A stretch of 52,655 nt of DNA from Chromera velia (GCA_018398765.1 JAHBMJ010000252.1:1-52655); one strand, 5' to 3'; counted from the stretch's first letter, positions 13,053-25,804 are shown. The notes: generated by a model not told the origin, from the sequence alone. A program made the numbers and translations.

Positions 13053-14007
13053 CGAGATTCAAATGGAGTCGCAACAGAATTCAATTAGTCTTTCAATTCT
13101 ATTTGCAGATCCATTGTTGCAGTTGCATGAAAGACTTGCAAAAAAACTTTGTGGACTTAGGACAATTGTGGGCAACGTTTTTTAAAAAAAGTTTTTAAAA
13201 ATGCAAAAGAGCAACAGAATACAATATAAAAGAAAGTTTGAAAAATAATTAATTGCGCCGTGGGTGTGGTTATCTTGATGAAGATAAATCAAATTAATAT
13301 ACAACTATATGTTTTTTAAAAAAAGGGGGCCTTCATTTGTAGTTATTTGGAAACAGTCAATTAGAGTGTGACTTTTTAATGCTTCTTTGAATATTTTTTC
13401 TCTTTCTTTTGGTAATAGACACCTACTTCATGTTAGATCATCCCACATATATGTCTTAAAATATTTTACTGAATCAACCATTTATACATATGTACCCTAA
13501 GCCCTTGTCGTCGACTTACACAACATCCATAAGATACAACAATTAATACTGAAAGGGTTGCTGATCGAAACATATCTTACATCCACTCTCGTGTTCCGAT
13601 ATGCTGAAACATGCTGAAATTGTATGTAACTGTCCACATTTACGAATACACAGTACGGTTAGGAGTAACGATAGTAGGATGGTTACCGCCCAGGTTACCA
13701 ATTTCACGGTTACGGTAGTAGTTTTTAGTACCATAACCATGGTAGTGGTAGTATTGCATATTTTTCCTAATACTAGTGATCTTCAAACCTGTTTTATCTA
13801 GTTTTACCATCAAATCTATAATTAAAGGCTACAGAGTAAACACCATTGTTATATCAATGTTGCTAAACTTTTAGATCTGAGATAATAATCATAATATTAG
13901 AGATATTACTCTATCACTATAAATGATGACATTATGTCATGATTATGATGCTGTAGTACCTTGCCAATTATGAAAAAAGAAAGAAAAGAAAAAAGATTGT
14001 CTCTCTT

Positions 14008-14043
14008 CGTGTGTATGTATGTGTATGTGTGTGTGTGTATGTA

Positions 14044-14075
<32 letters not shown>

Positions 14076-14335
14076 TGTATGTGCGTGTGTGTGTGTGAGT
14101 GACAGAGAGCGAGGATGGTCGTCAACCCGGCCCTCACAGGCATACACAAACAAAGAAAAAATCAAGATGTGAGCAAGGGAGAATGAGGCCTGGACGTGTG
14201 GACGGAAGGCTCCCTTCCAGTCAGCTTGAGCAAGGGAAATAGAGATGGAGACTGACGAAGCTGAGAGAGTCTCTTTTCGTATGTTTGTATGTGTGTATGT
14301 GTGTGTGTGTATGTATGTGTGTATGTATGTGTGTA

Positions 14336-14408
<73 letters not shown>

Positions 14409-14432
14409 CACCATGTGTGTGTGTGTGTGTGA
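14008..14432. repeat. (TG/TA)n microsatellite blocks at about 14008-14100 and 14280-14432
   Basis: Direct reading. Confidence 0.9.
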
Positions 14433-14452
14433 GAGAGAGAGAAAGAGAACAA

Positions 14453-14852
14453 CCCACTTCGCCTCAAGCGCCTCTGTAGCTCAAACGCCCCCCCTCCCTC
14501 CTCGGGAGGTGGTGTACGGGATTCGAGAAGACGCCTCTCCGCACTTTGCCACATGGGAGACAAAGGTTCCAATTTTGTGGTCCAGCAAAAAAGGCTGAGC
14601 ATCTGGGTTTTTCAACAGACAACGCGCACAGAAAAGGAGAAAGAACTTCTAGCTGTTCAGAGGGACGTATGGGGGAACAGTTTTCTTTGAAGTTCCAAAC
14701 TGCTCCACAAATTTGGCCGTCTCCATCATGCCGAAGTCTCGAGGGGCAGGGGCAGCCTCAACATAGTTGGGACGGCTTGCAATGCCATTCCTGAGCCTCT
14801 GTGCTAAAAGGTCAACAACTAACTCAGTTCTCGGCTGAGTCGGCTCAGCCAT
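14453..14852 (-). CDS. Small spliced hypothetical protein or gene fragment; 3' end unresolved
   Basis: ATG at 14852 (MAEPTQPRTELVVDLLAQRLRNG...VPPY), a short GT..CCCAG intron, then MLSLFCWTTKLEP...RRSG, followed by (CA)n-filled intron-like sequence. Confidence 0.3.
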
Positions 14853-15458
14853 GATGGCCAACTGAGAGGGGAGAGAGAAGAAAGGAAAAACTTCACTGCA
14901 CTGCATCTCACGACAAGACAAGAAACCCAAAAATTACTAGACACAGTGAACAGTAAACCAGGAAGAAGCGGACCACTCAGTCTTGTTTCCCAGTTTCCCA
15001 TGTACAGTGAGAAAGCACTGATCACTGCCGAACTGCAGCCTTCGTCAATTGTCCATCTGCTCTGACAGGGGACAGAAGAGAAACGATTCTATAATTTTGA
15101 CCACAAGTAAGGTTGACCTTCGTTTAAAAATTGATTTTCGAAAGTTGAAACGGATTTGAAGGAGACAGATTTTTTTTTAATCCATGCGTAGCGCTTTTTT
15201 TGTATCCTTTGCCGGGGTCTTAGCCCGAACTACTATGGTAGTGGTAGGGGCCCTTGGGCCCCCAAGTTACCGCCCCATGGTTACCAAAGTGACGGTAACT
15301 CGCCGCCTCCCCAAGGGGCCCGGTAGTAACTCCTAACCATACCGTGTACTTACGAACGCCTAGCTAGCTATAAAAATGTCAAAAAAGGAGTCAATTCAAT
15401 TCACGCACTGTAGCGCACTGTGCGCGTGCGATTTGAGATATGGTTATGTTGTTTGATC

Positions 15459-15850
15459 GCGCATGCATGCATGCAGTATATGCCCTTAATACCTAATACG
15501 TACCTAATACCTAATACGTTCTTTTGTGCGCATGCGCGAACGCCATGCATGCATGCATGCATGCAAAAGCATGCAATTAACAACATGGAAAAGGAAGACC
15601 ACAACGCTCATCCATAGATAGGCAGAGTTGACCACGCGAACACACGGAGAATGAAAGGTATTAATTTTTGTTCACCGTGGAGTAGTATAAGCTAGGCGCG
15701 GCGGCCTAGTCCGAGGGGCTTGCGCTTGCAACAGATTGGCCATAATAGACCTATGCCTAGGCAAGATGCATACTGCATAGCCCGACAAAGGACCAGAGAG
15801 ACACTAAAGAAGTGAGAATTAACATGCATACATGCATGCATGCATGCAAA
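15459..15850. promoter_or_regulatory. Clustered TGCATGCA palindromes (ApiAP2-type cis element) upstream of the gene at 16078
   Basis: GCATGCATGCATGCA near 15461, 15545-15565 and 15830-15848. TGCATGCA is an established ApiAP2-bound motif in apicomplexans; function here is inferred. Confidence 0.45.
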
Positions 15851-16077
15851 ACGAAAATTTGCTTCATGCACTATATATATATATATAGCTAGCTGTCCTG
15901 AACCCATTGGAAGGAAGGGCGGTCGATCAAGTCTCTCTGCTGTCGACTCTTACGTTTGCCACTGAGAAGAAACTGCAGAGATCATCTTGGTGCATGTGGG
16001 TGCAGGACGAATCCTTCAGTAACTCAGGAAGAAAAGAACGAAACAGTCTGTTGCCCGAACTGACCTGATTAATTACC

Positions 16078-17398
16078 ATGCCCACCGAAATCTTTAAATC
16101 CTCCCGCACCAACGCCCCCCACTCCCCTCAGTACGGGAAGCCGAAGCCGAACGACCGCACGGACGGACGAGGCATCACTGATGGGCCCAACTACACCCTC
16201 AGTGCGAACCCGGAGAGGCAGCGGGAGCCTCACACAAAGAACCTGAAGGGCCTCCTCTCAGGCAACGCCACGTTCTCCAAGTTCAACCCCCACTCAGGAG
16301 TCAAGTCAGCTCACTTAGCTTCTGCCTTCCCGTTTCCTGCTGGAAAAACACCATCTTTCATGTCACCACTGACTTACACGCTTTCGATTCTGCAGGACCC
16401 GGGGCAGGACCCAGAAGGGATACACGACCTACTCGGGGGAGAATTTCCGCAACTTCAAGGTCAGTCAAATTACTCCCCTGTGTGCAATTCAACCCGTATA
16501 CAGCTAGGCTTGTGTGTGCGAGGATCCATCCCCGTTCTTCCTGTGTGCAGCTGACAGCAAATGCGAGGGAACTCCACCACCAGATGAAGCGCACCTACGA
16601 CGGGGAGGACATCACCAAAACCAAAATACGTCAGTCAGTCAGCTTACTTCAGTCATGTGTGTGTGTTCTCTTTACTCAATTCAGCGCTGCCCGAATCGAA
16701 ACAGTATCCACCGATTCATGTCATCTGAAGCTGCATATGTGGTCATGTCATCTGGAGCTGCATATGTGGTCATGTCATCTGAAGCTGCATATGTGGTCAT
16801 GTCATCTGGAGCTGCATATGTGGTCATGTCATCTGAAGCTGCATATGTGGTCATGTCATCTGGAGCTGCGTATGTGGTCATGTCATCTGAAGCTGCATAT
16901 GTGGTCATGTCATCTGAAGCTGCTGTCATATGTGGAAACGGCTTGCTTGTGTTTTTGCCTCAACATTCACGCGTCTGTCAGTCTTTTGATCTCACTCTTT
17001 CTCTCTGTGTCTCTCTCTGTGCCTGTGCATCTGTCTGCAGCCAGCTCTCTTCGCAAACCGAGACCGACTGCCAAAGTCAGCAGCCACGGACAGAAGAGGG
17101 GTGAAGCGTGGGTATGGGGCAAGGGGGGACAGGGGTTCAGAGGATGGGAACGGCACAGGGAAGGGCCTTCTAGAGGAGGCTGAGACGAGAGAAAAGCAGA
17201 GGAGAAAAAAAGTGTACATGTAGATACAACGAACGTGGGAGGGTAAGAAAAAAAAAGAAAAGAAGAGAATGGATGCACGACCGGGTCCATCAGGCAGAAG
17301 AGGAAAGGGATGGCTGCCTTCGGATGCAAGAACACCAAAAAGGAGGCCTACTCCAGTGCACACACATGGCGCGCGCGCGCACACACACGCACACACAA

Positions 17399-17437
<39 letters not shown>

Positions 17438-17665
17438 TATATAAATATATACATATAATTATATATATAATATATATAGAGAGAGAGAGAGAGAGAGATC
17501 CACATCCATTCCTTCATTCCATTTGCAGGCTGACAGTGCAAGCAGTCCCACGGGGGCCCCCCAGTTGACAGAGGGCCTCCCCGTCCAGGCCACCCCCCTG
17601 CCAGACTCCCATTCTCCCTCTGGGTCCCCCTCCCCCTATGCGAGTCTCATGTCGCCATGCTCAAG

Positions 17666-17700
<35 letters not shown>

Positions 17701-17833
17701 GGTCTGTCGGTCTGTCGGTCTGTCGGTCTGTCGGTCTGTCGGTCTGTCGGTCTGTCGGTCTGTCGGTCTGTCGGTCTGTCGGTCTGTCTGTCTGTTGGTC
17801 TGTCTGTTGGTCTGTCTGTTGGTCTGTCTGTTG

Positions 17834-17865
<32 letters not shown>

Positions 17866-17949
17866 GCCTCTCTGTCTGTGTGTCCGTCCGTCTGTCCGTC
17901 TGTCTGTCCGTCTGTCCGTCTGTCTGTCTGTCTGTCTGTCTGTCTGTTG

Positions 17950-17983
<34 letters not shown>

Positions 17984-18091
17984 TGGTCTGTCTGTTGGTC
18001 TGTCTGTCGGTCTGTCTGTCTGTCTGTCTGTTGCTGTCTTTTGGTCTGTCGGTCTGTCGGTCTGTCTGTCTGTCTGTCTGTCTGTCTTTTG

Positions 18092-18134
<43 letters not shown>

Positions 18135-19894
18135 GGCCTTTTCTTTCCTTTCCTCTAGGTAAATTGTCACATTCACTCGATCCTGGCAGCCGCCGGTTTC
18201 TTTTCTTTTTTGTGGGAAGTCTATCTTCCTGTATGCATGATTTGGACGATCCATTTATCTCTGAAAACTCTGAAGAACAAAGCCAACGGGCATGCACGTT
18301 TCAGATCCTCTTTTTTTTTTTTCTTGGTCTCCTTTCCTGGCCCAGTCCATTGGCAGGAACCCTCTGCAAATGACCTTACACGACGGTGCAGCCTTTTGTG
18401 TTTTTGCTCTTGTGGATTTCTCCTTTTTCGTTTCCTTTCATTCCTTTCTCTCACTCTGTCTCTGCAGGTTCTCGTACATGACGATCCAGCCAGAGACGCT
18501 GCAGCTTCTGGACAACGCCGGGTGCCCCTCTCCTCTCAACAAGGAGGGCCACAAGACCGTGCCTGGGTGCGCCACGTGGGTCCACAAGAAGGAGCCCAGA
18601 CACGAGGTAGAACATCAGGACTGGCCCGCAGGGGTGCACTTGCTCAAACGGCCCCAGTCGACTTCCATCCTGAGGGCGAACCAGATGAGGAAGAACCGGG
18701 GGTTCTTCGATGATACCGGTAGGCTCAGGCTGCGTGCAGGGGGGGTGAGGGCCTTATGATTGATTGCTAGCTCTTTCTTTTGTGTTGTAGCAAACAGAGA
18801 GTTCAAACACAGAGACAGATGAGAAAATAGGAACTGGAAATGCTCCATTAGTCAACATCAAGATGGAAGAGACGCACGCATGAGGTTACGGGATAACGAG
18901 GGGGGAGTCTGCGACGATTTCGGGACTGAGGATGCACGAACGATACTTCCGTTCTGTTCTCTGCTTTCTGTCGAAACCAACGCGGTCTCGAACACTCCTC
19001 TATTCCTATTCATTCAATATGTCAACAAACACAGGCTATAATTGACGGCTTCCATTGTACGCAGTGATCTGCCATCAGGGGAAACAAAAACCCACAGTGA
19101 ACAGCTTGTCTCAAAAAGGGGCAGGGCATTCCTTTCTCTTTTTCTTTTTTTCGTCTCGTCCGATCGCCCCCCTGCGTGCAGGCATTGAGGGAAGCAGACA
19201 CTTCGACCAGTTTCTTTTTCTTTTTTCTTTGCATAGGAAAGTAAATACATGCCCCTCTGCGTGCAGCCATTGAGGGAAGGAGACACTTCGATCCAGAGGA
19301 CGAAAAGCCGCACCCCGCAGAGATGTGGCACGAGACGGGGAAGCCCCTTCCACCCACCAGACAAAGAAACCCCCACAAAGCAAAGTAAGGAAGAAGAAAG
19401 GAATAAAGGCCTTTTGTCAACAATGAATTTCAACGGTGCAGCTTGCACAGTCCAACGAGCGAGTCATGGAATCAATCGAAGTCCCGTGTCCCACTCACGT
19501 GAACGCAAAGCAATTTTCTGAGGAGTAATCGATGTGGACAGGATAAGATTTCTTTCTGCGTTGCCTGATGAGCACCCATGTGAATCCCAAGAGAGGGAGG
19601 CACTTCATGTAGACTTTGCCGGGGGGTCGAGCCCCACTTACCCAAAAAGAGAACAGCCCCCTCCATCTTGAGCATGGAACTAAGCCGCATCTTGGAAATC
19701 AAGGAGCTTTCATTTCTTCTTTCTACCCAGTCCTCTGTTCGTTCCTCCCTCCTTGTCTGCTCTGCAGGAGGACCTACGACTGGTCGAAGAAGACCCGGGA
19801 GACCTTCATTACCCTCTCGCACATCAACGCACCCCCTCCGGCGTCTCTGACAGGGAAGCGACAAGTCAGCGTGAGCAAAGTCAAACTCTCTTGA
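16078..19894 (+). CDS. Hypothetical protein, about 7 exons
   Basis: Exons ~16078-16305, 16396-16459, 16551-16629, 17041-~17100, 17530-17665, 18468-18718 and 19768-19894 join via GT..CAG into MPTEIFKSS...TRGRTQKGYTTYSGENFRNFK-LTANARELHHQMKRTYDG...FSYMTIQPETL...RTYDWSKKTRETF...VKLS*. No domain recognised. Confidence 0.6.
16717..16930. repeat. Intronic 27-bp minisatellite, ~7.5 copies, alternating A/G variant (54-bp superperiod)
   Basis: Unit ATGTCATCTG(A/G)AGCTGCATATGTGGTC. Confidence 0.92.
17666..18135. repeat. (TCTG)n microsatellite with TCGG/TTGG variants, intronic
   Basis: Direct reading; it causes the spurious VCLS/QTDR ORFs. Confidence 0.95.
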
Positions 19895-21388
19895 CAGGAG
19901 AATCAGAAGAACAGACAGTCTTTCTCTAGCGACACGAAACAGAACCAACACGCGAGGCACACATGGCTCTGCTGTCTCTGTGGATGCATGGGCTCTCAAC
20001 GGATAACAAACTCTTCGTTTCTTTGCCTTTCTGTCGCTTTTCCCTGATGCCTTTTGAGCCCGCTGTGAACACCTTAGGATCTGTCTGAGCTCTCGAATAG
20101 TTCTGCCGTGCCCCTCAGACCGCCAGTGTCCACTAATCCTTTTCCACTCTCCCAATATCCCGCTCTATCTTCTATGTCTGCAGTTCCCCAACAGGATTGG
20201 ACTCCACTGAGGCCATAAGGAGAGGGTCTCTCTGCAGCAGGGATATCCATCTTTGGCCTGCCTGTCATCTTTCAATGTGTATGCTCATATTTGGGGGGAA
20301 TGAGGGAGGGTGAAGTCAAACTTGGCGCGTCTGGGTAAAGAGAGCAGAGCCGGATGGATGGGGGACAAGGTTGAACGAAGGGACTGGCTCAGTGATGCAG
20401 TTCCTCTTTTGGTTGGACCCCCTTCCCTGTGGCCGGGTGGATTGAAGGATGGGTGCTTTTTCTGGAGCTTCCGTCGATATCCGCACGTCCAAGCTTCCTT
20501 CCCTGGTTGATGGACTCACTTTGCTTCCTTCCTTCCGGTGGCCGATGGATGGATAGATGAGCTTTTTGGTCGTCCTCTTTCTTTCTTTCTCTCTGTCTTT
20601 CTTTCGCTCTTGTTTGTCTGATCGACTCGAGCATCTAGCCGGGATTGGAGGTGGGGCGGTTGTCTGACAGGATTTCTCTTGGAGTTTGCTTAATGTTTGT
20701 TTCGGTGGGTCAGATCGTCAGACGTGTGCTTACATCAGAAGGAATATGGGCATGACTGTGATGTATGATTTGCCTATGCATGATTGGTGCATGCATGGTG
20801 TGTTGGTATACATGTCAATCTGTGGATGTGCTGATGATGAAAAGAATGACCGAAGTTGCGGCGAGGTTGTTGTGCATAAACAGGGCCAGAACAATGAGAG
20901 AGAAACGCGGACCGCCATGCAGACGCTTACGCACACATCCAGTCGGCAAAGTCGGTTGTCTTCTGGGTCAAAAAGGTGAATGGGGAGACAACTGGGAAGC
21001 TTGACACCTGCACACGACTGCGTGCTCTCGAAGATCATCCATCCAAAATAAAAGGAAGATTCATAGGGCAGGACGGCGGAAGATGGCCCACCGATCTGGG
21101 TCGAAAAGCCAGCGTCAGCGCGGTGACCGTCCCTTCGCAGAGAACCTTTTCTCGATTTGCCTTTTTCACGGGGTCCGCTTTATCTGTAAACGACCGTGCA
21201 TGCATGCAAATCGCGGTACAAATTGAAACTTGATTTAAAACAACAGCGTGCCTCAGGCTGTCTGCTGCCAATTGCTTTTATTGAAAGTTTTGCGTTGCAG
21301 CTGTTTCTATGAAATTAGGTACAAGCTATATATATACAGCCTATAATACAGGTTATACAAAATGTGTCGATTGATGCCAAATCCTAGC

Positions 21389-21483
21389 TTGAGTTTAAAC
21401 AATTAAATTAAACTCCACCTTAGTGGAGTTTAAACTAGCTAGAGTTTGAACTTAAGGTGGAGTTTAAACTAGATTTTAAACTC
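21389..21483. repeat. Palindrome cluster built on GAGTTTAAACT
   Basis: Hairpin taaactccac-ctta-gtggagttta and several gagtttaaac copies. Confidence 0.6.
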
Positions 21484-22072
21484 CCGGGCGTTGCATAAAT
21501 GCATCGTTTTGCTAGCTTATATGTATATCGGCTATAAACTAAGAGCTCAGTTGTACATTAATCAAAATTGTCAATCGCTTTCTAAAATATCTCAGTGATA
21601 AAATAATTTAACGCAGCCATTTTTTAGGCCATTTTGTAACAAAACAGAGAAAATGTTACAAATGCAAAAGTGATGCCACAGCCATAAATTTGTGAACGCT
21701 TCCTGGCAGTTACGATCGAATCAAGTAATTTGAGCTGTAATTTAAACAGAAATTTGAATTATTTAATAGGGTAGTATGTTTATATGTTAATTAGACTATG
21801 ACTATGATGCGTCATGGAATCATGGATCGTCATCTCGAAAGCTATACTCTAGAAGCTACTAGCTTAATGACCTAGTTAATGACTCAGGTTCTTGTTGATC
21901 ATCAAGCATATGCTGTAATCAAAAATAAGAACTGTAAATCTAGGTACGTATTGCATGGCTAAATGAACTAGCAAGTAAAAAAAAAAGATCTCCCAAAACT
22001 TGTCACTTTTTTTTAAAATGTAAAATCCTAAGGTCAAGCAGTAAGTCAAACTAGAAGTCAAACAACTGTTCT

Positions 22073-22804
22073 TGTGAAAGAAAACGACGGTCCCGTTCCT
22101 GGTCGGATTCGCGGAGGGTGAATTCCGGTCCCGGCCTTTCCATTCGTCCCTTCGCCCCGAGCCAGAGAAAGGAGCGACGCGTACGCGGCCGCCCGTCCAC
22201 ACGGGATAGCGGGGCATCCGCGACAGAGGTGTGCATGTTGTGAGTTCCATGGTATAGCCTGCATATACTTTGGCGTAAGAAATACACCCGAGGCACTCAC
22301 CGTGGTGGTGTGTGCTCCAAGCCTTTATATAGGATTCAATTAAGCCGATGGTGCGGTTATGCCATCGGAGGCTTCAGAATTAATTCCGGTCCCGAATTAA
22401 TTTCCAGACAGTCAGACAGACGTGCACGGCGGTTACCGTCCGTCTGAATGAGAGACTTAACCTAGGGACTGACAGAGCTTCATGTGTAGGATCTGTACTG
22501 TGCCCTATATATCTCTGGGGTTCTTTTGTGCTCTGAGTATTGCACGAGGCCACCAGCAGGAGCGTACTGTGGACTGTGGGGGTTCATAGATTTTCTGTCT
22601 GGTGAAGAGACTGATCAGATATTTATTTCTGATTATCTGTATCGGTCTAGACAAGTACGTTAGGGTGACGTATTCGGAGAGGGCCAGGAATTCGGGAGTA
22701 TAGCAGTTTGAGGAGTCCTCTGGATAGGCTAGAGGATCGACACGGGAGGGCCCATAGGATTCTACTGGAGGAATCTCAAGAGAGGTGAGACTCTACTTTT
22801 CACT
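22073..22804 (+). repeat. 5' LTR (732 bp), TG...CT
   Basis: Colinear with 34931-35679; ends TGTGAAA...TTTCACT; TATA-like TATATA at 22326-22331. Confidence 0.92.
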
Positions 22805-22821
22805 GGTACCATCACTGAGGG
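22804..22821 (+). other. Primer-binding-site-like sequence TGGTACCATCACTGAGGG
   Basis: TGG (complement of tRNA CCA) directly at the 5' LTR end; cognate tRNA not identified. Confidence 0.6.
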
Positions 22822-25804
22822 AGTCTCCTGTTGTTATTCCGACAACATTCCCCTTGTTGTATTCCCGATTCCCTACTGCAGCTGACTTACCATGGGTCCC
22901 AAGAAGGACGCTCCCCACGGGTACGTCGCGATCAAGGGTATGGAGGCGAAGACCGTAGGCGTCTTCGGCCTTACGGACAATGCGGACATCATCGAGTGGG
23001 TACGGTAATATGCAGATACTGCATGTTGCCATTCTTGGGGACTCAGAGGAGTGGTACGGTGGGCTCACCCTCACCAACAGGGACAAGGTGGGGGTCAACG
23101 TCAAGCACTATGTCGCAAGGACCGAGGTGGAAGTGCTGGAGAAGGTGGTAGAATGGGTGCCCCACCTCAGCTCGGAAGTCTCTGAGCAGCTCCAAATTTT
23201 CCACAGGCACGTTGTGGACTGCGTCTCTCCACCCGACGCGGAGTGAATGAAGAGATATCTGCAGCGGACCGACGTCCTAAGAATGGGGAAGGCGAGGATC
23301 ATAGAAATCAGGGAGCTTCTCTCACACTGAGAGAAGGAGAGAATCTCTGGTCCCCAGTTGAAGTCCCTGAACGAGCAGATCCTCTGCCTGCAGACTCTGA
23401 AAGAACCCTCCTCCCTCTCCCTGTCTCGCCTTGTTATGTTTTCTTTAGGTGGGGAACTCCATGGGGGAGCTCCAACAGAGACGAAAGTGAAGATAGAGGA
23501 GGAGACGGGAACGATACCAGACACCTCCCGTCAGATGTCCATCCCCATGTCCAGTGAGCAGCGTCCGGCCTCTGATAAGCGGGACCGCCGTAGCAGTAGC
23601 AGTAGCAGTTCCAGTGGGGGGGTGCAGGTGGTCGGTGTGCGACCTGATACCATCCTGATGGAGAAGAAAAGGAAGCAGTACGAGGACCTCGTGGCCCAGA
23701 TATCAGGTCTGGACGCCCCACGGGGTGCTGATAAGCTCCAAATTTTGGAGATCCGGAAGGAGGAAAATGAAGTGCTGAGTGGCATACCCAAGAGGGACAA
23801 CTTCCCTGAGGGGTCCGAAGGGAAAGAGGAGTACGCATCAGAGCTGGCATCCTGGGCCGAAAAGAAAGAGGTCTTCGACGCTGGGAAGGCTGACAGAGAT
23901 ACGCTGGTAGCGACCCTGCAAGGTCACATTGACCAGTTGGCGTCTGATGTGTTTGCTTTGAACGAGCAGGCCAACAAACTCCGAAAGGAGATAGACGTGC
24001 TCTCTCCTTCTCCCCAGGCCAAGGGCATCCCTGGAGGTGCTGCTGAAGGCCGCCTGCCTTCGGTATTCCAGATAACCCCCCTTACGGGTGGGGGGGTGTA
24101 TCCTGCAGTGTCTCTCCCTGAACCTGCGATGGTGTCTGTAGGTAGGGGGGGTGCGTACTGGTGATGTCGGGGCTCCGGGGGCTCCTGACATCTTCTCTTT
24201 CCTGGGAGTTGGGGAGTCGAGTGGAACTCGGGGGAGGCCGAAGTATAACCCTAAGGATCCCTTCATCGCCTACACCCTGGAGGAGATCTTGACATCGGTC
24301 CCGAGGACCTTTGTGGAGATGCGCGATAAGGTTGTGGCGATGATCTTTACGCACTTTTTCAAGATGATCCAGTACTCGACCTCTGCTCTCATCCTGGAGT
24401 ATGAGAGGATTGCTTGTAAACCCTGTCGGTTCGGTATCTACACAGAGCTGCTGGCATATCACAAGCGTCTCTTGAACCACCTGGTTGAGGAAAACATCGT
24501 CCACGAGCTTAGCGTGAAGTACAGGCTCGGGCTCTTGACGGCGCACCTGCTAAACGACCTCATAATGAGGTCGCAGGAGAGGCAGAACCCGGTGGACCTC
24601 ACCAGCGAAGTGGAGATCACTAAGAAGATCCACGTCATCGCTGCCCAGGCGGAGACCTTCAATAAGTCTCTCGGGGATGCCTGGGACCGAGGCCTGGTTA
24701 AGAGAGCTCTCGTCGAGGACTTGAAGAGAGAGTGGGAACAGAAGGCGGCAACCTTCGGTGTGAAGGACTCGGGGGGTACCTCGCGGGGGGGCATCATTCC
24801 GAAGGTTCCTTTCGTGGCGTTCGCGGGACCTGGAAGAGTCTTACAGAGGAAGTCCCCTTCCAAGACAAAGGGAGGGAAACCCTCAGGAGGAAAGACCTCT
24901 GACTCTGGTGGGAAGGGCAGGGGCAACTCTGATCGCGGGAGGCAGGGCGGTGCTGGAGGGGGTTTTGGCAAAGGAGATGGCGGGGGGAGCTCCAATCGGG
25001 GGCGCTCTCCTGGGTCCAATTCCTCTGCTCCCTCCAGTCAATACAATGACAAGGGGGTAGAAAGAAAGGACCGTCCTCCCACTCAGGCCGTTGTTAACTT
25101 AAGGGACCCCAACAGGAACCCCGTTCTCGATCGATACGGTGTCCAACACCGGGACAGAACCGGATCGGATGCGTTTATCGGGACGATGGCGGGACCTGGA
25201 GAAACAGTTACTCCCATCAAGCCCAGTCAGTGGGATGAAGAGTTTGGGTCTTTGTGGGATAAAGCGTGTTGGGATCCTACCAGCCGGAAGAGCCTTTCCT
25301 ACGGGTACCGCGATGGGCAGTGCCTGAGATGCAACCGTCCGGACGGACATGCAGAGTGGGGGGGCCATGGGGCCTGTCTTTGGATTCGGAAGAAGGACGG
25401 CTGCCCAGCATGTAAAACGATGGGCCATGCTCCCAACAACTGCTCTGACAAGAATGCGAAGAAACGGTGGATGATAAAGCAGATGGACAAGACCAGGCAG
25501 GACAGGGGCGGCTCTGGGGGCCGTCCCAAAGGTCCTCCGGGAGGAGGAGGCCGTGGAGGCAGCTCTGGAGACCGTCGAGGGTCTCCCTATCCTGGTCGTG
25601 GGGGCAGCTCAGGGGGGAGAGGAGGCGGTGGGGGTCGTGGCCATGGTGGGCACACCCTTTCTCCTGGCAGGTTCAATAACGAGAACTTCGAGAAGAAGAA
25701 CTCAGACTCCGGACAGGCACAGCGGGGGGGTAGTGTCCCTCCTGTGTCCTCGCAGAATGTCGATCCTGGGAGTCAGGACGACGATGATGATGTCATAGTG
25801 ACGG

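Larger units (their letters stand above)
13649..15346. mobile_element. Putative non-autonomous TIR DNA element flanked by TA
   Basis: Left end CACAGTACGGTTAGGAGTAAC matches the reverse complement of the right end, CACGGTATGGTTAGGAGTTAC, at 18/21. Both ends are flanked by TA, and GTTACCGCCC and ATGGTAGTGGTAG motifs occur within ~120 bp of each end. Confidence 0.35.

Noticed and set aside
16482..17183. ORFs with MSSEAAYVV / CHLKLHMWS repeats
   Set aside because: Translation of an intronic 27-bp minisatellite.
17523..18373. Overlapping 170-240-aa VCLS/QTDR ORFs
   Set aside because: Artefacts of the (TCTG)n microsatellite; only 17530-17665 looks like a real exon.
19900..21250. Possible small minus-strand spliced gene
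   Set aside because: Some splice-like signals and an upstream TGCATGCA, but I could not assemble a coherent reading frame.
22073..22804. Hammerhead ribozyme / retrozyme in the LTR
   Set aside because: Hairpins are present, but no CUGANGA...GAAA core with matching stems was found.
24140..24165. Programmed frameshift inside gag
   Set aside because: It coincides with a G homopolymer in a copy that has many other lesions; an indel or sequencing error is simpler.
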